Below are positions 28,650 through 39,800 of a DNA stretch of 64,000 nt, one piece after another (position 1 is the first letter of the stretch; every line of letters starts with the position of its first letter). The notes under the pieces were generated by a model. That model was not told the DNA's origin. It did not search any database and saw nothing but the letters and a program-made list of their open reading frames with translations. Position numbers and translations under genes: made by a program. The stretch is taken from the IMG/VR virus record IMGVR_UViG_3300037010_002844, positions 245,434 to 309,433 of that record. One strand, given 5' to 3'.

Positions 28650-30071
28650 TCAGCGCCAGGCGCCGGTCATGGGCTTCGTGTCGTCCAGGTAAACCTGAAG
28701 CTCATCGCTGTTGAAGAGCAACTTGTGACCCTTGCTCAGGACCCAACCACGCTTCACCCGCGAGCCACGAGGAGCGCTGCACTCGCCATCGGTCATGATG
28801 AGGTAGCCGTCCCAACGACCACGGTTCTTGACGTCGTTGACGATGTCAGATGGGGCGTTGAAGTCGGTGCCACCCATTCGAGTGCGCTTGATCTTCGGGT
28901 TGGTTCCCTTCTTCCATTCGAAGATCTCGCGGACGTCGGCGCCGCAGTCGAACGGGAGAATGTCGACACCCACGCGCTTGGTCAGCGTGGCCAGCTCATC
29001 GAAGAACATCGACATCTGGCCGTCGTCGACGGACCCTGATTGGTCGATGGCAACGAGGATGCGAGCCGTGTAGCCTCGCTTGACGCCCGGGTGAATGTAT
29101 GGGTAGCGACGGTTGATGCGCTTGATCGAGGTAGTGCGTTCACCACGCATCAGCGAGCCAACGAACTGGCGAAGGACCGCGCGCCAGTCGACGATGGTGC
29201 TGATGCTGCGACGGATCTCAGCCTGGATGTGTACCGGAATGCTGCCCCAACCGTTGGGCTTCCCGTCGGCGTTGGCGACGGCCTTTTCGACCATCGCCTT
29301 GATCTTGCCTTCGACGTAGTCGACCTGATCGTCCGGGACATCGTCCCAACCATCATGGTCATCAAGCGTGCCCAGGACGCTGTCGATATCGAAGCCGCTG
29401 CCATCGGCATCGCAGGAGCCGCCCGACTGCTTCTGCTTCTTCTGTGCGATTTCGTTGAGCTTGTTGAAGTAGAACTCAGTCGCCTGGTCCTTCGGGAACT
29501 TCTCGATGATGTCCGAGAACTCCTCGATGGCCTTCTTGCGTTCCGGAGTCAGCGCCGCGAACTGCTTCGGGTCGACCCAGGGTCGCTGCCCGGGGATCAG
29601 CGCGCTCTTCGGCAGTGGACGCGCGTCGAGGCGGTCGTCCTCCTGTCGCATGCCGGCCGAGGAGACGATCAGCGAGTTGATTGCAAGGTCGCCTGCGATA
29701 TTGTGTCGGACGGCGAGTTCCCGCTTCGCTGGGCGCCGGTGCGTTAGGTGGCCGAACGTCAGGTGGTCGAACTCGTGGCGAACCACACCGCGAACCTCCC
29801 AGTTGGAGAGCGGCGTGCACTCGATTTCCTCGCCCGTCTTCTTGTCGGTGTACTTGCCGCCCGCGAAGAAGACCGGGTTGTAGTACATGACGAACTCATC
29901 GTTTACCACGTCGAAGGTGACCGCAGCCGTCGGTATGTCGAGCGTCGCCACCTTACGCAGGTGACGCGAGATCTCGGCATAGTAGGCGTTCTCCTGGAGG
30001 AAGACCAGCAGGTGGCGTTCGATGTTGAACGTTGGGTCGTTCGGACCGCAGGGGTTCCAGTGGGAGTGCAT
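28650..30071 (-). CDS. Metallopeptidase + VWA domain protein (DUF2201-like)
   Basis: HEFDH (HExxH), N.A.DLAIN, MIDAS DQSGS, GGTDF, TDG; start set by promoter ATGCAA-N18-TACAGT-N6-ATG. Confidence 0.85.
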   Translation of the reverse strand: MHSHWNPCGPNDPTFNIERHLLVFLQENAYYAEISRHLRKVATLDIPTAAVTFDVVNDEFVMYYNPVFFAGGKYTDKKTGEEIECTPLSNWEVRGVVRHEFDHLTFGHLTHRRPAKRELAVRHNIAGDLAINSLIVSSAGMRQEDDRLDARPLPKSALIPGQRPWVDPKQFAALTPERKKAIEEFSDIIEKFPKDQATEFYFNKLNEIAQKKQKQSGGSCDADGSGFDIDSVLGTLDDHDGWDDVPDDQVDYVEGKIKAMVEKAVANADGKPNGWGSIPVHIQAEIRRSISTIVDWRAVLRQFVGSLMRGERTTSIKRINRRYPYIHPGVKRGYTARILVAIDQSGSVDDGQMSMFFDELATLTKRVGVDILPFDCGADVREIFEWKKGTNPKIKRTRMGGTDFNAPSDIVNDVKNRGRWDGYLIMTDGECSAPRGSRVKRGWVLSKGHKLLFNSDELQVYLDDTKPMTGAWR

Positions 30072-30376
30072 GATATTACTGTACCCCATCGAAGGTGTGT
30101 TTTGCATAGCCCGCGCGATCGCGGAGCTCGCGCACGCAGGTTCCCCTGCGATGATAGGAACGCCCGCGCCAAGCGCGGCGCTCGGGATTGAATCGAGTGC
30201 GCTTCATGAAGTCATCCTACCCGGTCAGGTCCGGCCTTTGCACCGCTCTGGGTGCCCTCACGTGACCCACCGTGCCGTTTTCACAAGCCGGACGGGGTTT
30301 CCCATTGCTGACCACACGAGAAGACACGGTGGGATTACACTGTCATTGAAATCCGTGAGATTCTACTGTGCAAATC

Positions 30377-31633
30377 TCACTTTTCCCTAGCGATCGCCAC
30401 GCCACCCATGGTACCCACCTCGATGACCTTGTGGGTCCCGACCGGCAGCGACTTGAACTCGCTGACATCGTGAGGCGTGTAGTCATGGTTCTCGTGGTCG
30501 TCGTCATCGGTAAAGACGACGTTGAGCTCTAGCGATTCGCCCGCAGTCCGCTCCTTCTCGCTGTCGTGAACGTTGGCATTGAGGGCGAGTTGGTCGCTCG
30601 TCGGGCTGTGCGGCGCAGTGTCATTGCCTGCCGCGACCACGTTACGATTGAACGTCCACTCCCAGACTCGCCAGGAGTAGTACGCCTGGTAGACGGGATC
30701 GTTGCGATAGCGCGCTTCCCGGCGAGTTCCCGTCCGAGTACAGTACTTCGTCGAGCATGATTGCCCGCCGCCGGTGCAGACGGTGTCGCCGCCGGTGCAG
30801 GTTGCAGAACCGTTCTTGTTTGAAGTGCAAGACCGCGAGGTCTTAGAACAGGTTCGCGGGATTTGCGTGCACGTCTGCCCACAGGCCTCCTGGTACATAT
30901 AAGAAACCGTGTCGTAGTGGTCGAGGACGTGGTTGTAGTGGTGGATGCGTTCGCCCTCGTTGTTAACGTTAAGCGCGTCAAGGGGCGGCGACCACCCATC
31001 GTGGTGATTGATCTGGTAGCGCTGGACCTCGACCGTGTCGGTCCATCGCGTGGCGGTGACGACCGAGTAATGCGTCACGGTGTGAAAGATGAGATAGAGA
31101 ACGAGGCTGATGAAGGCGATCGCACCAGCAACGCCTCCCACAATGCCCCAAAGAACCTTGGACGGCGGATGCCATCCCATGTCTTCCTCGTACATCAGTT
31201 GGCTCGCCCGCTTCTTGACGACGGGCTTCGGAGGCCAATCCTGTGACTGCTTGGTCACCCGGCGTTCAAACTCAGAATGATTGCGTCCGCCGAGGACGTC
31301 CTGTTCGGCCGCAGAGATCGGCAACTTCGACGCTTCCTCGATCTCCTGGATGACTTTCTCGGAATGAGCGGGTGAACCGCAACGCTGGCAACTGTCGTCC
31401 ACTTTCCATTGCGAAGAACCGCAGTACTCGCAGTGCCGGTCCTCGCCGCCCTCGAACTTGTTCAGCAGTTCGGCATCGCGCACGGCGGCCTCGTGAGAGA
31501 TATCGTCCGGCAGCCACTCCTCCACGTCAGGAGTTCGAAATTGACCGCAGTTGTAGCAAGCCTTGTAGCGTCCCAGGACGGTGCTACGGCAGGCAGGACA
31601 CTTCCACAGCATTTCTACAATGTCGACGGGCAT
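30377..31633 (-). CDS. Zn-ribbon membrane protein with Cys-rich extracytoplasmic domain
   Basis: N-terminal CxxC pairs, one TM, Cys/Thr-rich C-terminal region. Confidence 0.75.
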   Translation of the reverse strand: MPVDIVEMLWKCPACRSTVLGRYKACYNCGQFRTPDVEEWLPDDISHEAAVRDAELLNKFEGGEDRHCEYCGSSQWKVDDSCQRCGSPAHSEKVIQEIEEASKLPISAAEQDVLGGRNHSEFERRVTKQSQDWPPKPVVKKRASQLMYEEDMGWHPPSKVLWGIVGGVAGAIAFISLVLYLIFHTVTHYSVVTATRWTDTVEVQRYQINHHDGWSPPLDALNVNNEGERIHHYNHVLDHYDTVSYMYQEACGQTCTQIPRTCSKTSRSCTSNKNGSATCTGGDTVCTGGGQSCSTKYCTRTGTRREARYRNDPVYQAYYSWRVWEWTFNRNVVAAGNDTAPHSPTSDQLALNANVHDSEKERTAGESLELNVVFTDDDDHENHDYTPHDVSEFKSLPVGTHKVIEVGTMGGVAIAREK

Positions 31634-31642
31634 GTGATTTCT

Positions 31643-32143
31643 TTAGCGAACGACGGCCAAATAGGCGATGGGCAGCAGGAAGGCGATGTGCAGGAACTGG
31701 TCCATCGTGATCATCAGGACCAGACCCCGAGGAGTCAGGGCGAAGGCCTTGAGGGCCTCTTCGTTGGTGCGATACCTGGGCGACTCGATGACGCGGTCAG
31801 ACCAACCCACGGGAGCCGGCAGGTCCTTACCCACAGAATCGAATTGAGGCGCCTTTCGCAGGAACTTGGCCCACAGTAGTACCGGCACATAGGAGTCGAT
31901 GACGTAGTGTGAAGCGAAGAGAATTACCATCGACCACTCGAAGGCCCCGTCTGGGAAGCTCGCCCACCAGAACAACGGAACGAACACCAGGGCATACTTG
32001 AGACAGTGCCAGGCGCGGACTAGCCTGTCATTGGACTTTTGCATTTCCTCTTTGTGCGACTGGAAGACCCAATCTGCGAGGAAATGCCAGAAGACGAGGA
32101 CTGCAAAGACGCCGCCGACTTTCGCGAACATGTTCAAGGCCAT
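31643..32143 (-). CDS. DUF3307-family membrane protein
   Basis: HFLADWVFQ...H...SHYVID...DQFLH. Confidence 0.8.
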   Translation of the reverse strand: MALNMFAKVGGVFAVLVFWHFLADWVFQSHKEEMQKSNDRLVRAWHCLKYALVFVPLFWWASFPDGAFEWSMVILFASHYVIDSYVPVLLWAKFLRKAPQFDSVGKDLPAPVGWSDRVIESPRYRTNEEALKAFALTPRGLVLMITMDQFLHIAFLLPIAYLAVVR

Positions 32144-32376
32144 TACTCGTTGTCGTACTCGCAGTACGTGTTCTTGTCCCAATCCCAGTGACGGTCATCG
32201 TAGACCGACACGCCAAAATAGAGTGGACCCAGCTCCACATGGAATCTCAGACCTGGATGGTCGCCCTTCGTGGTGAATGAGAACCTGACCGAAAAGTCGG
32301 TCTCATTGTCGCGGGCGGCGTCGACCTCCACGTGTTTGTGGCGAGTGAACGGAACGTCGAATGCAATGGACTTCAC
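32143..32376 (-). CDS. Hypothetical protein
   Basis: 77 aa, coupled to ligase stop. Confidence 0.6.
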   Translation of the reverse strand: MKSIAFDVPFTRHKHVEVDAARDNETDFSVRFSFTTKGDHPGLRFHVELGPLYFGVSVYDDRHWDWDKNTYCEYDNE

Positions 32377-33731
32377 TGGGCCATCTCCTTGGCGAGGTAC
32401 GCCTCGCCCGCGGCTATCACCTTAGGATCCACGTCGCCGGGCGACCGAACGCGAATGTAGACTGGAAAGCGAACCTTGCCGTCGACAGTGAGCCCGTCCT
32501 TCGTCAGTGGGTCAGGTTGGCCTTCTACCTCAACGATCTTGCCCAACCAAGAGTCAGCCATCTCAAGCATGATCTCGGCACGCAGCTTGTCAGAGAAGCC
32601 CCCGCCCACGCGAGTGACCACGCCGTTGGGCAGCACCACGTTGAAGCCACCGAAAAGTCCCTCGCGTTTGGTACCGCGGCGACCCTCGTACCAGCCCACT
32701 ACGACGCCCTCGAAGGTCGTCACGGGCTTCAGCTTCAGGATGTTCCGCGAGCGGTCCCACTCGTAGGTGGAATCGAGCGTCTTCAGCATGACACCCTCGT
32801 ACCCCTCATTCATGCACTTGGCGAAGAAGGCCTTGAGCTCAGCCTCGTCCTTGGCCATGATGTGGGGCACCTGGCGCACACAGCCGGTGTTGACCATTTC
32901 GACCACGGTGGCGACCAGCTCGCAGCGGTCTGAATAGATGACCGTCGTCTCTTGGTCGATCCAATCGTCGACTGCCATCGCGTCGAAGACGTTGTAGAAT
33001 ATGTTGCTGTCGTCCTTCTTGTTCTTGGACGACATCAGGACACTACTGGACTCGTTCCAGTCCTCGCCCATCGCCTCGCCGTCGAGGACGACGTTGTCGT
33101 ATTCTGCGGCTTCCAACGCGGCCTTGATTCGCGGCAGGGTCTCGAGCTCGGTGCCATTGCGGGTGAAGAACGTGACCCTGCCGTCCTTCTTCACCGCGAT
33201 GCAACGCAGACCGTCAAGCTTGGGCTCCACGCGTACGGGATATGCGATCTTCTCGAGGATCTTGATGCCCTCGCCTTTGACGAAGGTGCTCTTCACCGAA
33301 GACGCCAGGGCAACGGCGAAGCTCTTGATGGTGCCAGGCCAGATCTTGTTGACCGTCGACTCCTGGACGCCGCAGCGCAGGTTCTTCAAGAGGATTCGAA
33401 GGCACCACTTCTGCTGGCGAGCGTCCATCAGCTGAAACGCCGCTGAGACCGTGAACTTGGCCTCGTTACCCGTCAACTTCCGCGACGATAGGTCGGGAAG
33501 GAGGACGTCGAGAAACGCCGTCAGCGTCTTGTCGTCGCCCACGGGGGCACTCGCCTGTGCCTGAGGCATCTTGAACTTGTTGACGTAGTAAACCATGTAC
33601 GGGTCCTGGGCCGCTGCGAAGACGCGGCGGAGCAGCTCGTTGTCGCAGTTGCGCTTGAGGATGTCGCGCTTCGCGTTTGAACCCGCGGTGGTCTCGAGAC
33701 TCTCCAGGATGTCGATGACGGTATCGCTCAT
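32373..33731 (-). CDS. lig: ATP-dependent DNA ligase
   Basis: EPKLDGLRC, VLDGE, VFD, EGVMLK, LKLKP, OB-fold VGGGFSD...RFP. Confidence 0.95.
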   Translation of the reverse strand: MSDTVIDILESLETTAGSNAKRDILKRNCDNELLRRVFAAAQDPYMVYYVNKFKMPQAQASAPVGDDKTLTAFLDVLLPDLSSRKLTGNEAKFTVSAAFQLMDARQQKWCLRILLKNLRCGVQESTVNKIWPGTIKSFAVALASSVKSTFVKGEGIKILEKIAYPVRVEPKLDGLRCIAVKKDGRVTFFTRNGTELETLPRIKAALEAAEYDNVVLDGEAMGEDWNESSSVLMSSKNKKDDSNIFYNVFDAMAVDDWIDQETTVIYSDRCELVATVVEMVNTGCVRQVPHIMAKDEAELKAFFAKCMNEGYEGVMLKTLDSTYEWDRSRNILKLKPVTTFEGVVVGWYEGRRGTKREGLFGGFNVVLPNGVVTRVGGGFSDKLRAEIMLEMADSWLGKIVEVEGQPDPLTKDGLTVDGKVRFPVYIRVRSPGDVDPKVIAAGEAYLAKEMAQ

Positions 33732-33775
33732 GGCTCTAGTTTACCCCAACGTGAGGAGGGAATACACTGACACTG

Positions 33776-34000
33776 TCAGACGGCAATGAAAAAGGTCGCT
33801 TTTTCGATTGCGAACTCAATATCAGTCAGGAACTCCACGATGACGACCCGCGAGCAGCATGTCACCTTCACCGGGCGTCCTTCGGGTTTCAGGCGCAAAA
33901 ACGTGCTGGCGGTGCCGCCATTCTTCTGGGCATCATCCTGGAGGAATGCGATCCACTGAATGAGCCCGTCCTCGCTTACGAGAGGCTCTTCGAGTTCCAT
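33776..34000 (-). CDS. Hypothetical protein
   Basis: 74-aa ORF. Confidence 0.5.
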   Translation of the reverse strand: MELEEPLVSEDGLIQWIAFLQDDAQKNGGTASTFLRLKPEGRPVKVTCCSRVVIVEFLTDIEFAIEKATFFIAV

Positions 34001-34483
34001 TGCGACTTCTCAGCCGAGATCGGCCTCGGCCTGAAACTCGCGCTTGTGATTTCGAGCACCCCCGCGAGGTGCGCGGCGATCCTTCATCGGACCACCCTTA
34101 CAGTTGAGGATCATGCCGAGCGTGACGAGCTCACGCGGCTCCTTCATCTTGTGCTTGCGAATCTTGCTTGCCATGATGGGTCGATCCTACCAGGTTCGGA
34201 GTGATAAATACACTCACGAATCTTCGATTTGGACCCGAACGTCTCATAGAGAGCTTTTTCGGGCTTGGCGGGCTCGAACTTCGTCATGTGCCAACAACGA
34301 TACCCTCGCGGGCCTCCGCACGAGTGGTACGTGCCGAGGTACTTCGAATCCCGCGAGAGCACGTCCTTCTTCGACATCCTCACGATGTCGATGACGGTGT
34401 GGTTGCCACAGTTAGGACAGACCCGCGACCATATCACCTGGTCATAGCGGGCCTTGTCGAGTCGATTCGCCGCTTGGAGGACA

Positions 34484-34720
34484 TCAGGCACCGCCCTTGG
34501 GCTCGAAGAGCTTCCGCAGCGACTCGTAGAGTGCCCACGAGTTCTCAACATCGAGGCGCGCAGCCATCGACTCGCCTTCAACGTTGACCATGGTGATGTC
34601 GATCGCCCAAACACGCGTGTCCACGTGGATCTGCAGGTCGACGTCGCCGGACTCAGCTTCGAAAACCGTCTTCCACTTGTCGTAATACAGGTTGAAGTCG
34701 ATGACGTTGTCTCGCGACAT
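34484..34720 (-). CDS. Hypothetical protein
   Basis: 78-aa acidic ORF. Confidence 0.55.
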   Translation of the reverse strand: MSRDNVIDFNLYYDKWKTVFEAESGDVDLQIHVDTRVWAIDITMVNVEGESMAARLDVENSWALYESLRKLFEPKGGA

Positions 34721-34724
34721 GGTT

Positions 34725-34907
34725 TCACCAACCTAGGATCTTCGCCGCGACGATGGCGTGGTGCGCCTCGTAGGAGCGAAAGCCACTGTCGACCAGAAGT
34801 TGATGGACACGGGCCTCTTCGAGACCGAATTCAAGGCAGGCACGAGCACGCAGGATGGCGCCTTCGAGGCGGCCACTGCTGTTGTGCTTCAGGCTCACCG
34901 TGAACAT
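34725..34907 (-). CDS. Hypothetical protein
   Basis: GTGTAT-N18-TACACT-N6-ATG. Confidence 0.6.
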   Translation of the reverse strand: MFTVSLKHNSSGRLEGAILRARACLEFGLEEARVHQLLVDSGFRSYEAHHAIVAAKILGW

Positions 34908-34960
34908 AGTCTTAGTGTATCACAGCGCGAGCTGAAGATACACTGCTCGCGGGCAATTTC

Positions 34961-35371
34961 TCATGGGAGTTGCAGGGTGCAACGAACCTTTTGCGCAAGG
35001 CTCGGGAGCTCGTCAGCCAACTCTTCATAGACAGGCCACGTTCGCTGGACCATCCGGTGACAGGTGTAGTATGACATGCGCCCCAAGGTCTCGATGGTCT
35101 CACGGTGTTCAGCGATGGCACCTGGCATGATTGTCGCGGTCCAGAGGACCCAGTCGCCGATTCGTTGAAAGTGCTCGAAGTTCCCGTGATCACGGGCATT
35201 GGCAAAGGCCACCACGATCGAGCGATCGCTCAGATCACCATCTGCACGCTTAAAGCTGCTCAACACGCTGACCACATAGGCCCTGGCATCAGGACTGCAG
35301 TTGACCGCCTCGAGGCGCTCAGCGAACCAGTCATCGAGCCTGACCACGATCTGCACCGTCCCCATCAACAA
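34961..35371 (-). CDS. Conserved hypothetical protein
   Basis: 136 aa, FQRIGDWVLW motif. Confidence 0.65.
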   Translation of the reverse strand: MLMGTVQIVVRLDDWFAERLEAVNCSPDARAYVVSVLSSFKRADGDLSDRSIVVAFANARDHGNFEHFQRIGDWVLWTATIMPGAIAEHRETIETLGRMSYYTCHRMVQRTWPVYEELADELPSLAQKVRCTLQLP

Positions 35372-35385
35372 TATGTATGCCCTCG

Positions 35386-35742
35386 TCAGTCACCGTAAAC
35401 CTTGCTCAGGTAAGAACGCAGTTGGTCAGCGGCGCGCTCTCCCGAGGTCACAATTTCACGGAGGCGCTCGTCGTCAATCCCGAGGTGATTGATCCGATCG
35501 ACCAGCCGTTGGATCTCATAGGCACCCTGCAGTGCACCGAGCGAGTGGGCTCGCTTAGCGTATTCCTGCGCGGCCCTGATGACGGGTTGGGCCTCGAGCG
35601 ACTTGGGCTCGGATTGTTGCAGGGTCGCGGAAACACCACGCCCTCGCTTTCGATTGCGGCCATTCGTCGGCGCCGCCTTTGCCGTGCCCGGCATCTCGAT
35701 CATCACGCGTCGAGGCCGTTGGCAGTTCGCCGGTTCACTCAT
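35386..35742 (-). CDS. Hypothetical protein
   Basis: 118 aa. Confidence 0.6.
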   Translation of the reverse strand: MSEPANCQRPRRVMIEMPGTAKAAPTNGRNRKRGRGVSATLQQSEPKSLEAQPVIRAAQEYAKRAHSLGALQGAYEIQRLVDRINHLGIDDERLREIVTSGERAADQLRSYLSKVYGD

Positions 35743-36163
35743 TTGCGTTGCCTTGTTGGTGGCCTTCCTTCTTTTTTCTCGCCTTTTTCGTGGGACCTTT
35801 CAGGGCCCCAGACTGGACCGCGAGCAGACCGTCGATCTGACCTGGCTCAGTCAAGACGACGACCTCGCCATGTTGAGCGTCTTCGGCGTCTACGTCGATG
35901 ACTTCACCCGTCGATTCCTTGATGACCTTGGGCGCCTCGAGGACAACGACGCCCTCCGGGGGCGAGCTGACACGAACGACGACGACTTTTTCGAAGTCTT
36001 CGCGTTCTGGCGGCGCGACGCCCATGCGTTCACACCGGGCAAGGAGCCCTTCGTATGTGGTGATGCCGAACTCATTGAGGTACGACCGGAGCGCCGTCTT
36101 GCGGCGGCGCAGCAGATCAGTCAACCTTAGGCGCGGCAAGTTCTTAACGTGAATCCTGCTCAT
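35735..36163 (-). CDS. Hypothetical protein
   Basis: 142 aa. Confidence 0.6.
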   Translation of the reverse strand: MSRIHVKNLPRLRLTDLLRRRKTALRSYLNEFGITTYEGLLARCERMGVAPPEREDFEKVVVVRVSSPPEGVVVLEAPKVIKESTGEVIDVDAEDAQHGEVVVLTEPGQIDGLLAVQSGALKGPTKKARKKKEGHQQGNANE

Positions 36164-36206
36164 CCTGTCTCCGGTTAGGTGCCGCGGGGCGCGGCCGTAG
36201 TACTAA

Positions 36207-36521
36207 CTATGGCTCCGACCGCACGCGGATCACGCGACGGCGAGCTTCGATGGCATGGAGCACTTCAGCGACACCCTGCTGGAAATCGGGCGACTTGGCG
36301 ATCTCGTCAATGCGCTTCTCGGTCAGCTCGAGACCGTAGCGCTCTGAGAGCGCACCCGCAAACTTCCGCATGACGCGGAGGACATAGTTACGGGCCGAGG
36401 AGTGGTTCATAGAGAACCCGAGTTCTGTCATGATATCCGCGATCTCGCGGTAGTTGACGCCCTCGTCCTCCGCCACAGTGGAATACCCACGCTCGACCTT
36501 GGTGCCCTTCTTCAGTGCCAT
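36207..36521 (-). CDS. HTH DNA-binding protein (sigma region-4-like)
   Basis: GVNYREIADIMTELGFSMNHSSARNYVLRVMRK. Confidence 0.65.
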   Translation of the reverse strand: MALKKGTKVERGYSTVAEDEGVNYREIADIMTELGFSMNHSSARNYVLRVMRKFAGALSERYGLELTEKRIDEIAKSPDFQQGVAEVLHAIEARRRVIRVRSEP

Positions 36522-36565
36522 GCCTTTTCCTCTTCCTCTGTTGTACCACCATTGCGGGTGGAGCT

Positions 36566-36853
36566 TCACTCGTCGCCAGCCGGAGTGCGACCGACGATTC
36601 CCGGACGTCCGCGCGTCGGAGTCAACCGTCCTGCGGGTGAGCGCATGCGATCGATAGGCACGCCGAACTGCTGCTGCCTGAATGCGTTGAGGCGCTTCTC
36701 GAGGTCGGTCTCTTCCTCTGGCGTCTCCTCACGGGCAAACAAACGCTTACGAATGTTGACCTCGGTGATGACCTTATAAGCGTGCGCACAGGCGACAATC
36801 AGGCAAGCCAGGCCGATTCCAACGCACATCAGGAAGACGCCGATCTCAATCAT
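36566..36853 (-). CDS. Single-TM hypothetical protein
   Basis: MIEIGVFLMC... hydrophobic N-terminus. Confidence 0.5.
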   Translation of the reverse strand: MIEIGVFLMCVGIGLACLIVACAHAYKVITEVNIRKRLFAREETPEEETDLEKRLNAFRQQQFGVPIDRMRSPAGRLTPTRGRPGIVGRTPAGDE

Positions 36854-36990
36854 CGTCTTTTTCTCTTCTTCGTAGTGACTCAGCCTGAGTGATTGTTCTG
36901 AGCACAAGAAGCAGGACGAGGGCGATGAGGCCGCCGATGAATACGCCACCTAGTGAGGCAAAAACATCGACGACTCCACCGCCCATGCCA

Positions 36991-37793
<803 letters not shown>

Positions 37794-37794
<1 letters not shown>

Positions 37795-38180
37795 CAGCGG
37801 TACACCATCACGAACTTGAGGTTGTCGAAGTCGGCCGCGGGCAGATCGCGCTCTTCTTCGGCAAAGAGGCGTGCCTGCTCCCTGATGAAGGCCTCGTGCG
37901 CCTCGCGACGACCACGCCGGAGCTGAATCTCACGGCGAATATAGGCGATCTCTTCCTCCCATGGACGGGCATCGAGCCGCGATTCCACGACCTTGACCCG
38001 GTCGGCCTCGAGGGCATTGAGACGTCCATAGACGTCCTCGTCCATCATCCCCGCGAGGATGTCCATGTTGATGACCTCTGGCACCGCGACCGGGTACCGA
38101 GGACGCTGCGGCTCAACGTAGTGGTTGTGAAACGTTTCATGCTGCGACTGCCGCTGAGATGACTTCTTGTTCTTCGACAC
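37794..38180 (-). CDS. Hypothetical protein coupled to sigma gene
   Basis: 128 aa, TGATG overlap. Confidence 0.65.
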
Positions 38181-38257
38181 CGTGTACCTCCGATTGACTC
38201 AACCTTTACAACTGCGTGTGTTGATTCTATGCTACAGGCGTGGCTTATACACCACTT

Positions 38258-38647
38258 CTACTTCGCGCGTTTCTTAACAGGCCTAATTGCGTTGGCATCT
38301 TGGACGATCACGGGTAGACACTCGTCATAGACGATGCAGATGCCGGTGTGCGTCTTGGAGCCCACCTTGACAATCACGTCGACGACGTTGATGTCGCGCT
38401 CGTCCTCGTGATGCTCTTGGTTCTTGGTGATGCGAATGACCTCGAGCAGCTTGCGACGCTCGGCGCCAAACTCCACCGTAAACTCCTGTCCTTCCTTGAT
38501 GGTGATGTCGAGAGGCAGCTGGACTGTGTGTGGTTGAGGCTGCTTGGCGAGCGCGGCCTCGTAGTTGTCGCGGTACTGATTGGCCCACGAGGCGGGCCAG
38601 ATCATGAGCCGCACGTTGCTCAGAGCCTTGAAGGTCCCAGCCTGCAT
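38258..38647 (-). CDS. Hypothetical protein
   Basis: 129 aa. Confidence 0.6.
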   Translation of the reverse strand: MQAGTFKALSNVRLMIWPASWANQYRDNYEAALAKQPQPHTVQLPLDITIKEGQEFTVEFGAERRKLLEVIRITKNQEHHEDERDINVVDVIVKVGSKTHTGICIVYDECLPVIVQDANAIRPVKKRAK

Positions 38648-38871
38648 CAGGGCACCTTGATACGGTACGTTCGACTGAGATCTGACAGGGCACGGACGAA
38701 GGCCAAGGCCCGGGCCATCTGCCCCTGCGAGTCACCACGAACCACGGAGGTCGCCAACTTGTCTGCCAGGCCCAAGGCCTCGAGCATCGCCGCCTGTGCC
38801 TCGTCATTGAGAGGCTGCTTAGGTCCAGGTTTGCCGACGGTTCCACGGACCTCAGCGATCGTCTTCGCCAT
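38647..38871 (-). CDS. Hypothetical protein
   Basis: 74 aa, SD present. Confidence 0.55.
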   Translation of the reverse strand: MAKTIAEVRGTVGKPGPKQPLNDEAQAAMLEALGLADKLATSVVRGDSQGQMARALAFVRALSDLSRTYRIKVP

Positions 38872-39035
38872 GTTCAGTGTCCTTTCACTTGGTAGACGCG
38901 CTCGGTGCCGCCGCAGGCGCTGAATACCAAGACGGTTGTCGCCAAGATGACCGCAAACGGGCCGGGCCCGTCATCGTAGTATGACATGTTGTTGACCTTC
39001 AGTCTACCATCCAGTGATGGTGGTTTGCACTTCCA

Positions 39036-39278
39036 TCACTTGTCGAAGATTTCCTTGAAGGTGCGCAGGATGTGACCTGCGTGGCGACCGCGCCAAGTGA
39101 TGCTAGCACTGTCAATTGCATTGATCGGAATCTCCTGGACTTCCTGGAGGCGCTGCAGTTCCTTGCCACTGGCCTCGACAGAGACGAGCTTGCCGTTGAG
39201 CGTGGGCCATGATTGTCCCGCCGTGTAGGTCTGAACAATGTCCTGCCTGTTGATGTTGACGATAATCCTCAACATCAT
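39036..39278 (-). CDS. Hypothetical protein
   Basis: 80 aa. Confidence 0.55.
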   Translation of the reverse strand: MMLRIIVNINRQDIVQTYTAGQSWPTLNGKLVSVEASGKELQRLQEVQEIPINAIDSASITWRGRHAGHILRTFKEIFDK

Positions 39279-39352
39279 TCCCTCGTCTCACCACAGGTCA
39301 TTGCACTATAACCTCTAAGCGAGGGTCTGTACAACATTGGTAAAATCTGTGC

Positions 39353-39769
39353 TTAAATCGCAAAGCGAATGACCTGCTTGATCTCGGTCTTCTTGTCGTG
39401 GTACGCCGCGAACTCGCCGGTGCGGTCCTTGACGATGGAGTAGCGACCATCGGGCATCAACTCCCAGATGAAATCGACATTACGTTCCAGGCCCGCGGGC
39501 GAGGGCATGATCAGCCAGGGCAAGCGCTCGAGGCGAGCGATCCTTGTCAGGTGGAGGCGTCCGTCGGTGTCAACGCCGAGCCACGAAAATGGCAGCGACA
39601 ATGCATTGAAATCGTTCACGCACTTGCGGACCATGCTGCGCGTCTTCGACCTGCGTTCTTCGCTGCGATTTTCGCCCATCATGTGAACGATGGCCTTGAT
39701 CTGCCGGACCAAGGCCATCGTTTCCCGGTTCCTGTTCGTTGACCAGGCCCGCTCACGTTCAAGCTGCAT
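39353..39769 (-). CDS. Hypothetical protein
   Basis: ORF from MQLERE. Confidence 0.5.
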   Translation of the reverse strand: MQLERERAWSTNRNRETMALVRQIKAIVHMMGENRSEERRSKTRSMVRKCVNDFNALSLPFSWLGVDTDGRLHLTRIARLERLPWLIMPSPAGLERNVDFIWELMPDGRYSIVKDRTGEFAAYHDKKTEIKQVIRFAI

Positions 39770-39800
39770 GGTCTTTTTTACCACGCAACTCAACGGTTTT